From the IMG/VR virus record IMGVR_UViG_3300025732_000024, positions 1 through 64,000 of that record: 64,000 bases of DNA; one strand, written 5' to 3'. This stretch comes from a virus. The translations under genes were made by a program, and so were the position numbers. This document shows positions 43,152-52,780 of this stretch, in pieces; position 1 is the first letter of the stretch; each line of letters begins with the position of its first letter. A model generated the notes under the pieces. The model made no database searches. It was not told the origin of the DNA and was given only the letters and a program-made list of their open reading frames with translations.

Positions 43152-43529
43152 ATGACTACCTATAAAGAGTATTTGACTTGGAATTATGACAAACTAGAAG
43201 CAGAGTATACAAGACAAGGCTTCTATTCTCTGACTACTTTTCTGTTGGCACAGAAGAACAAAACTAATGTAATTAAAAAATCTAATAAACATAAAGTAAA
43301 AGTTTCAGACATCAAATCTGGGCATTGTGTGGGATTCACAAAGGAAGGCTATTCCATAATTGCTGGCAAGAAACAAACTAAGGGTATTATTAAAATTTAC
43401 TATGCAATATATGATCCTAAACTGTATACACCTCTTGTTACCAAGAATTTTCCATCGGTAAAACTGATGGTTGATGAAATAAACACGATATTAGATGAAG
43501 AGAAAACAGAAGAACTTGCTTGGTGGTGA
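43152..43529 (+). CDS. Hypothetical protein
   Basis: Preceded by a TAGACTATATT box and an AAAGGAAACAC leader on the + strand. Confidence 0.7.
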   Translation: MTTYKEYLTWNYDKLEAEYTRQGFYSLTTFLLAQKNKTNVIKKSNKHKVKVSDIKSGHCVGFTKEGYSIIAGKKQTKGIIKIYYAIYDPKLYTPLVTKNFPSVKLMVDEINTILDEEKTEELAWW

Positions 43530-43659
43530 GTATCTATCCACAACACAAAAACCGCTTAGACACCAATCTAAGCGGTTTTTGTGTTATATTAGTAATATTC
43601 CTGTTGAACTCTCACAAATTCACAGAGAATGTAAAACGCCCCATTGGGGCGTTTTTGGT

Positions 43660-43920
43660 TTATGTCATCAATTGATGAATCGCCTTTTTAGCGTAATCAA
43701 AAAACACATCAATATTCTCACAAGGGTCTATGTGATCAGCCGCAATGCTGTAATAATGTCCGGCATTCGCTATATCTACAGCCAAAATGCCACCATTGGG
43801 GCATAAATATTTTATTGTCCAATTATTGTAAGTATCTGTTCTTCTAGCGTAACCCAAATCAAAATCAAACTCTGATTTAGAGATTGCAACTATGCAAAAA
43901 TCTGACGCAATTAAACTCAT
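43660..43920 (-). CDS. Hypothetical protein
   Basis: AAGGA Shine-Dalgarno, ATG start. Confidence 0.55.
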   Translation of the reverse strand: MSLIASDFCIVAISKSEFDFDLGYARRTDTYNNWTIKYLCPNGGILAVDIANAGHYYSIAADHIDPCENIDVFFDYAKKAIHQLMT

Positions 43921-43989
43921 ATTCTCATCCTTGAACTCTCACTTTTATATAATACATTAATAACCCAAAAATGTCACTAAAAGTATTTT

Positions 43990-44322
43990 ATGCCTAACTA
44001 CAAAGTACGATATGGCAACATCAAAAAATACAAGAAACGTTGCCACAAAGCACACCTCAGAACTCATGGGATTTGTGCTGTATGCTTAATTAATAAATCC
44101 GAACAAATCCATCACTCCAGTTATCGCAAGTCGGGAGATAGGTACGGGATTAACATTTTCCCAACGTGCAAACATTGTCATCTTAATGTCTGTCATAGTC
44201 TTAAAAATTGGATTATTCACCCTACAGAACCGGAGTGGAAAAATCACAACACTCCGGCATTTACCAAGATGCTACAGAGGAATTACAGGAAGATCCAAAG
44301 ATATTATGCGGAAAATTCCTAG
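43990..44322 (+). CDS. HNH endonuclease-like protein (paralog of 63004..63324)
   Basis: CAVC...IHH..Y...PTCKHCH. Confidence 0.7.
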   Translation: MPNYKVRYGNIKKYKKRCHKAHLRTHGICAVCLINKSEQIHHSSYRKSGDRYGINIFPTCKHCHLNVCHSLKNWIIHPTEPEWKNHNTPAFTKMLQRNYRKIQRYYAENS

Positions 44323-44353
44323 CGTATTAATAGGCTAAGGTTTTCCGATGGAA

Positions 44354-45064
44354 TTACAAGACTTTAACTAAACCAGGATACTTAGATTCTAGATACTGAG
44401 GGAGTAAAGCAGGCTTATATTTTTGCTCCAAAAAATACCTAAAATATTCCAATTCTCTCATCTGATAACACCAAGGATTACAGTATCTACCATCGGGAAA
44501 ACGGTATTTAAACTTGATGCGATCGCCACTCCAGTCTTTATCTTTGCGGTGGTTAGACCAGTGAATACCGATAGAACCATCTAATAAGTCAGCTTTATCA
44601 ACAGGATATCTGAGCTTTTGTTCTACCCATATAAGCAGATTTGCGGATTCATGCAATACGCACCAATAACCAATGGGTATTTTATTAGCGTCATCAAACA
44701 TTGATTCTACTCGTTGAGTATACGCGCCCAATCTCTGGGGTTGCTTAGTTGCCGAGTAAGATCCGGTTTCACGAATACTTGGTAATACTTCCTCAAATAC
44801 CCATTTCTGAAAAACTTTAGCAGATGGAAGTTTAGATCCAAATACCAATTGATAGATACCAGCTTCTTCTAGTACGGTCACAGACTGCATTCCACCAGGT
44901 GTTACCATTTTGGTAACACCTTTGTATTCACTGTCAACCTTAGTGGAGACTGTCTTAGCCGGGTTGGCATAACCTAATATAGCTGCGACATCGTTAGCAA
45001 CAGGTTTACCATCAATAAAACGAATGGGTTGCGAATCAAACTGAAAAACTGCTAAATTATTCAT
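44354..45064 (-). CDS. BRO-N domain antirepressor
   Basis: VANDVAAILGY.NP, EAGIYQLVFGSKLP.A..FQKWVFEEVLPSIRETGSY. Confidence 0.92.
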   Translation of the reverse strand: MNNLAVFQFDSQPIRFIDGKPVANDVAAILGYANPAKTVSTKVDSEYKGVTKMVTPGGMQSVTVLEEAGIYQLVFGSKLPSAKVFQKWVFEEVLPSIRETGSYSATKQPQRLGAYTQRVESMFDDANKIPIGYWCVLHESANLLIWVEQKLRYPVDKADLLDGSIGIHWSNHRKDKDWSGDRIKFKYRFPDGRYCNPWCYQMRELEYFRYFLEQKYKPALLPQYLESKYPGLVKVL

Positions 45065-45194
45065 GTGACCTCTTACTAGGTTAATTCCCCTGCGGACTCG
45101 GTGTTGTCAGCACCATCCGGCGAGGGGATTACATGATAATTATAACACACTTATAGGTATTTCGGATAGTTGCGTTATGGTTTCGATAAGTAGA

Positions 45195-46235
45195 CTACAA
45201 CCACTGCTCAATAACAGCTTTTGCAACTTGTTCGGTCATGCGTGGTGGCACACTCATTCCTATCATGTATTTGCCTATCTTATCGGTTTTAGCTTGGTAA
45301 TCGTCAGGGAATGAGCCAAGACGTTTATATTCGCGGTAGGTCAATCTTCTAGGCTCTGACCAATGAGTAAAGTTTGAATGAGAGCTTGTTATTGTACATG
45401 ATGGAACTAAATTGTTTAATTTGTAGTTATTAAACCAGGCATGTTTTTTAAATATCTTTGAATGTGCAACATCTAAAAAATTACCTTTGGGTGTGTTGTT
45501 CCACAAGAGCAACTCTCTATCACTTACTTTATTATCCCTAATTTCATCATCAGTAAGTACCTGTAAATCACTTGTAGCCTCACCAGCACTAATCCATCTA
45601 GATTTGGGAGCTAACACCAATTTAGGTTTATTAATATCATCACGTAACGCAATAAAAAATACCCGTTCTCGTTTCTGTGGCACTCCACAATCAGCAGCAT
45701 TAATCAAGAATAATTGAGGTTTATATCCAATTTTCCTAAACCTATCAATTATCATTTTGCAGTAACCTTTAGCGTTACCTTGCAACATACCTTTAACATT
45801 TTCAGCTATGGCAACTCTAGGCTTTAGATGCTCAACTAAATCCAAATAATCAAAGAATAAATCATCTAAAACCTGTTCGGCTTGACCTTCCCTAAAATGC
45901 TTTTTCTTACCCCATGCTTTCTCTCTACTACCTGCCATTGAGAACGTACTGCATGGAGGCGAGCCATCTAATATGTCTAAATGATATAATTCATCGGGCA
46001 ATTTTGTCTTAATTAAGTCTTTAATAGGACACAGAAAATAATGTTTAGGTTTGAGGTTTAGTTTGTAATGATAAGCCATTTCAGAGTCAATATCATTAGC
46101 GGCAATTACGTCACAACCTGCTAATTTATAACCCATAGAACTCCCACCACCACAGCTAAAAGTTGACATAACTTTTAATCCGTTCTGTGGGATGTCTTTT
46201 AAATCTTTTAAGTACCACGCTATAGGATTGCTCAT
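45195..46235 (-). CDS. Orphan C5-cytosine DNA methyltransferase
   Basis: FSCGGG, GSPPC, ENVKG, VPQKRERVFF, RLGSFPDDY, GMSVPP. Confidence 0.93.
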   Translation of the reverse strand: MSNPIAWYLKDLKDIPQNGLKVMSTFSCGGGSSMGYKLAGCDVIAANDIDSEMAYHYKLNLKPKHYFLCPIKDLIKTKLPDELYHLDILDGSPPCSTFSMAGSREKAWGKKKHFREGQAEQVLDDLFFDYLDLVEHLKPRVAIAENVKGMLQGNAKGYCKMIIDRFRKIGYKPQLFLINAADCGVPQKRERVFFIALRDDINKPKLVLAPKSRWISAGEATSDLQVLTDDEIRDNKVSDRELLLWNNTPKGNFLDVAHSKIFKKHAWFNNYKLNNLVPSCTITSSHSNFTHWSEPRRLTYREYKRLGSFPDDYQAKTDKIGKYMIGMSVPPRMTEQVAKAVIEQWL

Positions 46236-46786
46236 TCTTTACTATTAAACTCAAAACCACATTTAGGACATTTATGTTCAAAGTCAAATTCGTCTACATC
46301 AACCTCTTTAGACGATGATTCTGGTATATTTCCATCCCCACCACTGCCACATTCACCATCCCCATCATCCTTTTGCACATCATCCAAAAAACTTAACTCC
46401 AGTTCACCAAACCCAGTCAAACTTAGCTCAAAATCCTCCTCTTGCAAAAACTCAAAATCAATCTTCAGTAGTTCCGGGTCAAAGCCGGTATTCATTGTCA
46501 GCTTATTATGCGCCAGCCGATAAGCCACCTTTTGAGCATCGGTCAACCCCGTCACCTGAATTACGGGAATAGTCTTATCACCACGTTTTTTAGCTGCCAA
46601 TAGCCGACCATGACCTTCTAGTAATTCACCCTTCTCATCCACTGCCACCGGGTCGAGAAACGTAAACTCTTCTATAGAATTGGCTATCTGTTCCACATGG
46701 GAATCAGGATGTAGCTTTGCGTTATTCGCATAAGGGCTTAAACGCTCAATATCCCACTCTTCTATTTGGCTTCGTTTAATAGTCAT
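46232..46786 (-). CDS. ParB-N (ParBc) domain protein with C-terminal CPxC
   Basis: L.PY.NNAKLH...IANSI.EF...GHGRL.AA...LAHNKL; start at ATG 46786. Confidence 0.85.
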   Translation of the reverse strand: MTIKRSQIEEWDIERLSPYANNAKLHPDSHVEQIANSIEEFTFLDPVAVDEKGELLEGHGRLLAAKKRGDKTIPVIQVTGLTDAQKVAYRLAHNKLTMNTGFDPELLKIDFEFLQEEDFELSLTGFGELELSFLDDVQKDDGDGECGSGGDGNIPESSSKEVDVDEFDFEHKCPKCGFEFNSKE

Positions 46787-46956
46787 GTAATTACAGGTAA
46801 AATTTAATGCAATTTTAGCATGAGAAAAATATTTTAAAAATACGGACAATTTGCTATTGACACGGATAAAATACTATGGCATTATATAAATATAGAGGCA
46901 AGGGAAGCACCCCAAGCCTCTAAATCAAACAAGCATAGCATTAAGGACATTGTATC

Positions 46957-47295
46957 ATGGTAAGCTCCACAGACACATATCTTTCTGGAATTATATCTGC
47001 TTACGAAAAATTCAAAAATCAAGCAATAGAAGAAGGAATCAAATCCAGCACTCAAGCATCGCATAGTGGTAGTGGATATTCCGTTGAATTTCTCCCAAGC
47101 GGTAGCTACCGCGTTCTTTGGGATAATCAAATTGGCAATCTTTACAAGTCAGAAGGCGTGATAATTGGTATTCCCGCTTGTTCTAGCGATGAATCACCTG
47201 ACGACGATAATGATGAATGGTTTTTTGATAATGCCGTTAATGAGTTTGAAGAAAAGTTCAATCAATGGAAATCCGATTATTTAGAAAATGCTTAA
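46957..47295 (+). CDS. Small acidic hypothetical protein
   Basis: Downstream of a TTGACA promoter (about 46857); AAGGA Shine-Dalgarno. Confidence 0.65.
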   Translation: MVSSTDTYLSGIISAYEKFKNQAIEEGIKSSTQASHSGSGYSVEFLPSGSYRVLWDNQIGNLYKSEGVIIGIPACSSDESPDDDNDEWFFDNAVNEFEEKFNQWKSDYLENA

Positions 47296-47324
47296 TACTA
47301 ATGCGATCGCTAACCGAATAGTCA

Positions 47325-47666
47325 GTGATCGCATCAGCCTTTAGCCCCATCAAATTCATGGAACAGCCTTTCCCGGTAAGCAGTCTTGAAACTGCTTACC
47401 GATTAGTAATAGACATCGCTGAAACATTGCTAGTTCACAATGTCCCACTGCATCAATATAATCCGGATTTCCCTTTCCGGAATCCAACCCCATCTAAAGC
47501 AGAAATAGAAGGATTTGATATTTCCTGGTTATCAAATCCTGATGGTTCAAAATACGCACCGGACGGAAACAACGCCAGCGTTGTTCCGTCCGATGTTTTG
47601 GATAGATTAGCTGATGCTATAAACGCATTGGCTGAAATCGAAGAAAGGTATTGGAGCAATAAATGA
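47325..47666 (+). CDS. Hypothetical protein
   Basis: ORF in the operon; start may be ATG 47358. Confidence 0.55.
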   Translation: MIASAFSPIKFMEQPFPVSSLETAYRLVIDIAETLLVHNVPLHQYNPDFPFRNPTPSKAEIEGFDISWLSNPDGSKYAPDGNNASVVPSDVLDRLADAINALAEIEERYWSNK

Positions 47667-48463
47667 AAAAATCAAGCATTGCTCCAACACAGAAATACGG
47701 TAAATTAACCGTAATGGAAAGAGACAATGCAAAAACAAACAAAAAGCCTTTTTGGTGCTGCCAATGCGAATGTGGTAGCACTACATCTGTTAGAGCCGAT
47801 TACCTGACATCAGGAAAAATCGTATCCTGTGGATGCTATAGAAATAGTAAATTTAAAGCATCACCAGAAAACATTGAACAGTGCAAAGAACTGTTCAACC
47901 AAGGCAAAAGCATTAATGAAATAGCTGCGTTAATGCGGATTTCACCATCTAACGTCCAGAAGTTTTTATCTACTTCTGGCATTGAAACCGAATGTATTTC
48001 AAGGGAGGAATTAAAAGCCTACAAAGAAGAAGATAAGCTGCGATGGGCTAAAAAATATGTCATTTTCAAGATGTCGTTGAGCGCGATCGCCGAAGGAGAA
48101 AATACCACGACAGCATCTATATCTAGGTCTCTCAATAAACTCGGTATACCCATGAGAGAACCGGGAAGTCAATCTGCTGAAATGCTCTCTCGATTTAAAG
48201 CAAAAGCCAATGAATACTGGCAGTTTTACAAAGATGGGATATCTTCGGTTGAGATTGCTAAATTATTCGATTTATCAAGTCCAAATGTTGTGCTTTATAT
48301 CCTCAAAGCACATGGATACAAAATAAGAACAAATCAGGAAGTGCGTAGAGTAAAAAGGATTAACTTCAGGAAAGAAACTAGAAGCTTAATAAAGACTCGC
48401 GGAGTCAAATTAAGCGAAACAAGGAAAGCTGAAAAGCTTCGCAACTTAGAAGAATTAAAATGA
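47663..48463 (+). CDS. Zn-ribbon (homing-endonuclease-associated N-terminal domain) plus repeated HTH protein
   Basis: YGKLTV...WCCQCECG...SCGC followed by three (G/K).S..(E/A)IA HTH units. Confidence 0.65.
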   Translation: MKKSSIAPTQKYGKLTVMERDNAKTNKKPFWCCQCECGSTTSVRADYLTSGKIVSCGCYRNSKFKASPENIEQCKELFNQGKSINEIAALMRISPSNVQKFLSTSGIETECISREELKAYKEEDKLRWAKKYVIFKMSLSAIAEGENTTTASISRSLNKLGIPMREPGSQSAEMLSRFKAKANEYWQFYKDGISSVEIAKLFDLSSPNVVLYILKAHGYKIRTNQEVRRVKRINFRKETRSLIKTRGVKLSETRKAEKLRNLEELK

Positions 48464-48481
48464 CTAAGAAAGGAGATTCCA

Positions 48482-48736
48482 ATGTCAAACAAATCAAATG
48501 CGTGCAAAACAGACGGCACACTCAAAGGATGCTTTGTCATCCAAAACGAAAAAAAATGGGAATTCACAATCGTAGACCCCTGGAACAGAGGGTTTTACCG
48601 CACACCAGACCCAAAAAGATTTGCTTCTCTTAAAGAGGCAGAAAAGTTTGTTAGAGAAAACAACATAAAAGGCACTATTGTGAAGGGTTGGTGCGACCCT
48701 TCCCAGGGATTTTTCCCAGGGGAGTTCCCTGGATAA
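48482..48736 (+). CDS. Hypothetical protein
   Basis: AAGGAG Shine-Dalgarno. Confidence 0.6.
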   Translation: MSNKSNACKTDGTLKGCFVIQNEKKWEFTIVDPWNRGFYRTPDPKRFASLKEAEKFVRENNIKGTIVKGWCDPSQGFFPGEFPG

Positions 48737-48984
48737 TGACTAGAAAACAGGAGAGTATAACGCTCTCCCTTTCATTGGAACAGAAAGCCGAACTCGAAAA
48801 CATAGCCTTAGAGTTCGGTTATTTATGGGGTGAAAACCCCAATATTTCAGCATTAATCAAAGCAATAGCAAAAGGCGAGCTATTGCTGATAAAACCCGAA
48901 TCATCTGGAAAGCAAAATCGGGTATTAGCCAAGGATGCGATCGCCAGCATCCAAGATGCAATTACATTGTTGGAGTTGATATAA
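48736..48984 (+). CDS. Stand-alone RHH resembling the N-terminus of cyanobacterial CRISPR-associated WYL regulators
   Basis: MTRKQESITLSLS...KAELE.IALEFG.LWGENPNISALIKAIA; TAATG stop/start overlap; no WYL domain follows. Confidence 0.6.
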   Translation: MTRKQESITLSLSLEQKAELENIALEFGYLWGENPNISALIKAIAKGELLLIKPESSGKQNRVLAKDAIASIQDAITLLELI

Positions 48985-49172
48985 AAAGCCAATCAAAGGT
49001 TTCAGGTAATTTGATTGGCTTTTTCTTATTATATTAATTCGCATTTTCAACATCAATTTATCATTGCAAATACATCTGTAAAATGTTAAAATATACAAAA
49101 ATAAAGTAGTGAATCTGCGTCAACAGATTCACTATTGCCACAACCTCTACACAGGCTGATGACACCAATATT

Positions 49173-50741
49173 ATGACACAATTAGAGCTAATCAAGAAAG
49201 AAATTCAACAACCCAAACTCAGAGATTATCAGATTGATTTTATCAGAGATATTTACAATGAAATTCGCAAAGGTGAGAAGCGAATTTTAGGAGTATCCGG
49301 CACCGGATCAGGTAAAACAGTTATTGCATCCAGGATGGTAGCTGATGCTGTTAGTCGTGGGCGCAAAGTATTGTTTATTGTCCATTTAGATGTATTAGTG
49401 GGACAAACTTATGAGAAGTTTTCCGCATTTGGACTAGAATGTGGATTCATTAAATCAGGATGGAGTGAAAATCAAAACGCTTTAGTACAAATTGCATCGG
49501 CTCAAACATTGCACCGCCGGAATTGGTGGCGAGATGGATTTGTACCAGATATAATTATCTGCGATGAAGCACACGAGACCGCATGGATATCCGTAGTATC
49601 CGAGTTGCTTGAAGAGAACGAAAACGCCATAAAAATCGGGCTGACCGCTACACCTTACCGATTATCAAAGAAGCAGGGCATGGCTGACAAGTTTGATGTG
49701 CTAGTAGCTGCACCCACGCCAGGAGAACTAATGAACAAGGGTTTTCTTGTTCCTGCCACTTACTACGGCATCAAGCAGCCTGATTTATCCAAAGTCAAAA
49801 CCATAGCTGGAGACTATTCCGAAAGCGGACTAAGCGAGGTTATGAACGATAGCGACGTTTTAGACTCAATGCTACGCAACTGGCAACGACTAGCTAGTAA
49901 CAGAAAGACCATCGCTTTTGCGGTTGATGTCAAGCATTCAAAAGCGATCGCACAAAAATTCAATGACAACGGAATAGTCGCAGAACACCTGGACGGAGAC
50001 ACCCCAGGGCATATCAGAAAACAAATGTTTGAGCGGTTAGCAATAGGTAAGACTCAGGTATTGTCATCCTGCAAAGCACTCCAGATAGGGTTTGACTGCC
50101 CACCCGCCGACTGCGTGCTGATGTGTCGTCCTACTAAGTCCAAGTCAATTTACTTTCAACAATTGGGGCGTGGCTTGCGTCCATCCCCAGGTAAAAAAGA
50201 TTGCATGGTGCTAGACCAGGCTGGCAATGTCGCCAGATTTGGTTTTGTGGAAGATATCAAGAAATTTAGTCTAACCAAGGGCAAAGAATCACAAGGTGAA
50301 GCACCAGTTAAATGTTGTCCCGATTGCCAAAAAATTCTCTATTGCTTTGTGATGAAATGCCCACAATGCAGCCATGTTTTCCCCAGGCAGGATGTAGAAA
50401 AACCAACTGGCGAGATGTTTGCATTAAAGTCAAAAGCCAAAAAATCAAAAGCTAAATCAAGCGATGACTCGCTACTTGAAGAGAGGATTAACTTTGTAAA
50501 AGAATCGCTTCAAAAAGTCTGGAAATACAAAATAAAACCAGGCTGGGTGTATTTTCAATTTAAAGAAAAGTTTGGAACAACGCCCCATAGACAAATGTTC
50601 TTGCATGGAATTTTTGGGGAAAATCCAACAGAAGAAGACAAGCAAAATTACTGGACTTTTCTGATGGCTAAATCTGAAAACGACATCACTTATTCCCAAA
50701 GGTATTACTCATGGGAATTCGGGGAAAATAGAACAGCATGA
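49173..50741 (+). CDS. SF2 DEAD/DEAH-box helicase with Zn finger
   Basis: LRDYQ, GTGSGKT, DEAH, TATP, QQLGRGLR, CPDC/CPQC. Confidence 0.93.
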   Translation: MTQLELIKKEIQQPKLRDYQIDFIRDIYNEIRKGEKRILGVSGTGSGKTVIASRMVADAVSRGRKVLFIVHLDVLVGQTYEKFSAFGLECGFIKSGWSENQNALVQIASAQTLHRRNWWRDGFVPDIIICDEAHETAWISVVSELLEENENAIKIGLTATPYRLSKKQGMADKFDVLVAAPTPGELMNKGFLVPATYYGIKQPDLSKVKTIAGDYSESGLSEVMNDSDVLDSMLRNWQRLASNRKTIAFAVDVKHSKAIAQKFNDNGIVAEHLDGDTPGHIRKQMFERLAIGKTQVLSSCKALQIGFDCPPADCVLMCRPTKSKSIYFQQLGRGLRPSPGKKDCMVLDQAGNVARFGFVEDIKKFSLTKGKESQGEAPVKCCPDCQKILYCFVMKCPQCSHVFPRQDVEKPTGEMFALKSKAKKSKAKSSDDSLLEERINFVKESLQKVWKYKIKPGWVYFQFKEKFGTTPHRQMFLHGIFGENPTEEDKQNYWTFLMAKSENDITYSQRYYSWEFGENRTA

Positions 50742-50795
50742 TTTCCCAGTAAATATTCACGACAAGCGCTCGCCATTGGCGGGCTTTTTTGTGCA

Positions 50796-51641
50796 TCAAT
50801 ACGGCACTTCCGCCATGTTCCCCAATGGGTCTACCTTGATATCAGTGACAATCTTCCTGGCCTGTGTAGCGACAAAACCAGCTTTCTTGACCATGCGCTC
50901 CCACAGGGAACGGAACAGTCCTTTGCGTCTTTTCCATTGAAAAACAACCGCTTTGACGGCTGGTATGCAGGGGGCTTCAACCACAATATCCCCAATACCG
51001 TAGTATGTACCCCGGAAATCATGCAGGGCAAAGAATAGCGCATTATACAACTCAACCATCAGCATACCACCGTGGTCGGGCATACAATTGAACGCCGTAA
51101 TGTCTTCAGAGTGCTTCAAGCTTTCGTTGATTCTATCCCGACGCACCTGATCAAACACCTGATAGAAGATGAGCATCTTAGCAATATCAACTCGCTCTAG
51201 AACTGGTGGTGTGGCCACGCCGTGACCAGGTACACCAGCACGTTTTCCCCACGCCGCACCCTTGGGGCGATTCTCCAAATCATACCAAAATAGTCCCCAG
51301 GATATCTGGAGTTTTCGGTATGTGAGCAGCGTCTTAGTGTTGTGATACGCTCCAGCCCAGCAATGCTGAAGATATCCTTCCGTAAAGTCTAGGGGTACTG
51401 TAATCTGCACATTGCCCTGGGCAGAGCAGGCAAGCAGGTTGTTCCAATTCTCAGGGACTACCCTGTCCATGCCCTCTTCCCGTCTGATAGCCTGGTAATC
51501 CGTAGCTGCGCGCCACACCAGGGAATTAAGGATGCCCATGTGAGTAAATAGCTGGCGGTCGGTTAGGGTCTCTGATGCCGCAAAAGCCAACTCTTTAATT
51601 TCTAGGATTTGATTTTTTGAGAGAATTGTGTTATTATTCAT
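50796..51641 (-). CDS. Hypothetical protein
   Basis: Long ORF with higher GC; start near ATG 51641. Confidence 0.6.
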   Translation of the reverse strand: MNNNTILSKNQILEIKELAFAASETLTDRQLFTHMGILNSLVWRAATDYQAIRREEGMDRVVPENWNNLLACSAQGNVQITVPLDFTEGYLQHCWAGAYHNTKTLLTYRKLQISWGLFWYDLENRPKGAAWGKRAGVPGHGVATPPVLERVDIAKMLIFYQVFDQVRRDRINESLKHSEDITAFNCMPDHGGMLMVELYNALFFALHDFRGTYYGIGDIVVEAPCIPAVKAVVFQWKRRKGLFRSLWERMVKKAGFVATQARKIVTDIKVDPLGNMAEVPY

Positions 51642-52056
51642 ATAGATGATGAATAAAGTTTGCATTGCAAGAATCTTGTAATGTGCGCGCACTGGCATTA
51701 GTCAGTGCGTTTTGCTTTTTACCCGACCACCGCAACATCACGATTATAACACCATATCCAATATTATGCAAGCGGCTGAAACCCTTGCTGTATCTACATC
51801 TCTACTTTTACTTACAGTATCCTCCTCATCCAGTGGAGACTGCTCATTTGGATTTTTTCTTTTGGAAAATTCTTTTCTTGGATTCCATTCCCATAAGCTC
51901 TGCATCATGAGAAGGATACTGTAAGTAAAACGCCAAATCCTTGTAGGGTAGGCGGTTCACCGTCAAGCTAGTTAAAGCTGTTGCGATGATTGTACTGATA
52001 CAGGCGTCAAGATTGTGACTTTTGTAAAATTCAGTATAAATCTAAGATAAAAGGTG

Positions 52057-52085
52057 TTGACAATTAATCTGAGATAAATTATATT
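52057..52085 (+). promoter_or_regulatory. Sigma70 promoter with direct-repeat operator
   Basis: TTGACA-17 nt-TATATT; AATCT(A/G)AGATAAA repeated on either side of the -35 box. Confidence 0.7.
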
Positions 52086-52170
52086 GATTACATGAGAGGC
52101 AAAACACTAATCCCAAAACAACCCGCAGGCCTCACGGGGTGCAGATGGTAGGGACTCTGCATTAAGGAAG

Positions 52171-52347
52171 ATGTTTGAACAAATTGAGTCCATGAAATCC
52201 GATGCTGCCAAATGGCAGCCTGAGTTAACTGAAACGTCATTATCTGACTATATGCTTACCCTAGCATCTGCTGGGGATTTAGAAGCTATAGAATGGGTAA
52301 TAGAACACATTATGGAGTCTTCAGAAGAAGACTCTGAAGAGTTTTAG
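52171..52347 (+). CDS. 58-aa highly acidic protein (not in the ORF track)
   Basis: AAGGAAG Shine-Dalgarno; MFEQIESMKSDAAKWQPELTETSLSDYMLTLASAGDLEAIEWVIEHIMESSEEDSEEF. Confidence 0.6.
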   Translation: MFEQIESMKSDAAKWQPELTETSLSDYMLTLASAGDLEAIEWVIEHIMESSEEDSEEF

Positions 52348-52466
52348 TTGTTACTAACTCCCAATTTGACGGCCATTTCAATCCCGAAATATTAAGTTAT
52401 GGGGTAAGAATCAAATTCTTAATGGCCGCATTCCCCGAAACCGTTATTCAATAGGGGACTAATCAA

Positions 52467-52775
52467 ATGCAAATCAAAATCACAGAAAAAAGCAGCTTTG
52501 CGCTGCTAGAAATTCTTGCGGACAATGGCAACCCTGCCAGCCCCCAAAATCCAGTAGACGAACAATCAGAACTGGCGAAAGCCAACTTCCCTGAAGCCAA
52601 CGGACAGTTGGCTGTCATTAGCGGAATGCCAGTCAGTGCAATCGCCTTGGTGGCGTTGCACTACAAAAACCTGTTCGGCGCAACTGCTGTCGCCAATCCC
52701 CGTCTTGGGGTGGCACTGGTGGTTCACTCCACCAACCCAGCCTACCCACTGGGTGCGTCAATCCCTTTGGGATAA
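52467..52775 (+). CDS. Csx3/Crn3-like cyclic-oligoadenylate-binding protein
   Basis: VISG.P...LH......AVANPRLG.A.VVHS matches the recalled Csx3 consensus VISGRGP...H..H...AVYDPRLG.AVVV.SH; similar length. Confidence 0.7.
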   Translation: MQIKITEKSSFALLEILADNGNPASPQNPVDEQSELAKANFPEANGQLAVISGMPVSAIALVALHYKNLFGATAVANPRLGVALVVHSTNPAYPLGASIPLG

Positions 52776-52780
52776 TCGAG

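Noticed and set aside
49156-49162. CTGATGA upstream of the helicase gene (also CTGAAGAG near 52334) as further hammerheads
   Set aside because: No stem II-GAAA-stem III-UH arrangement can be built around them.
52092-52468. Assignment of the structured leaders as a c-di-GMP-I riboswitch, twister or HDV/theta ribozyme
   Set aside because: Only fragments of each consensus are present (no P2 GNRA hairpin, no twister loop 4 motif, no HDV P3/L3). Left as unclassified structures.
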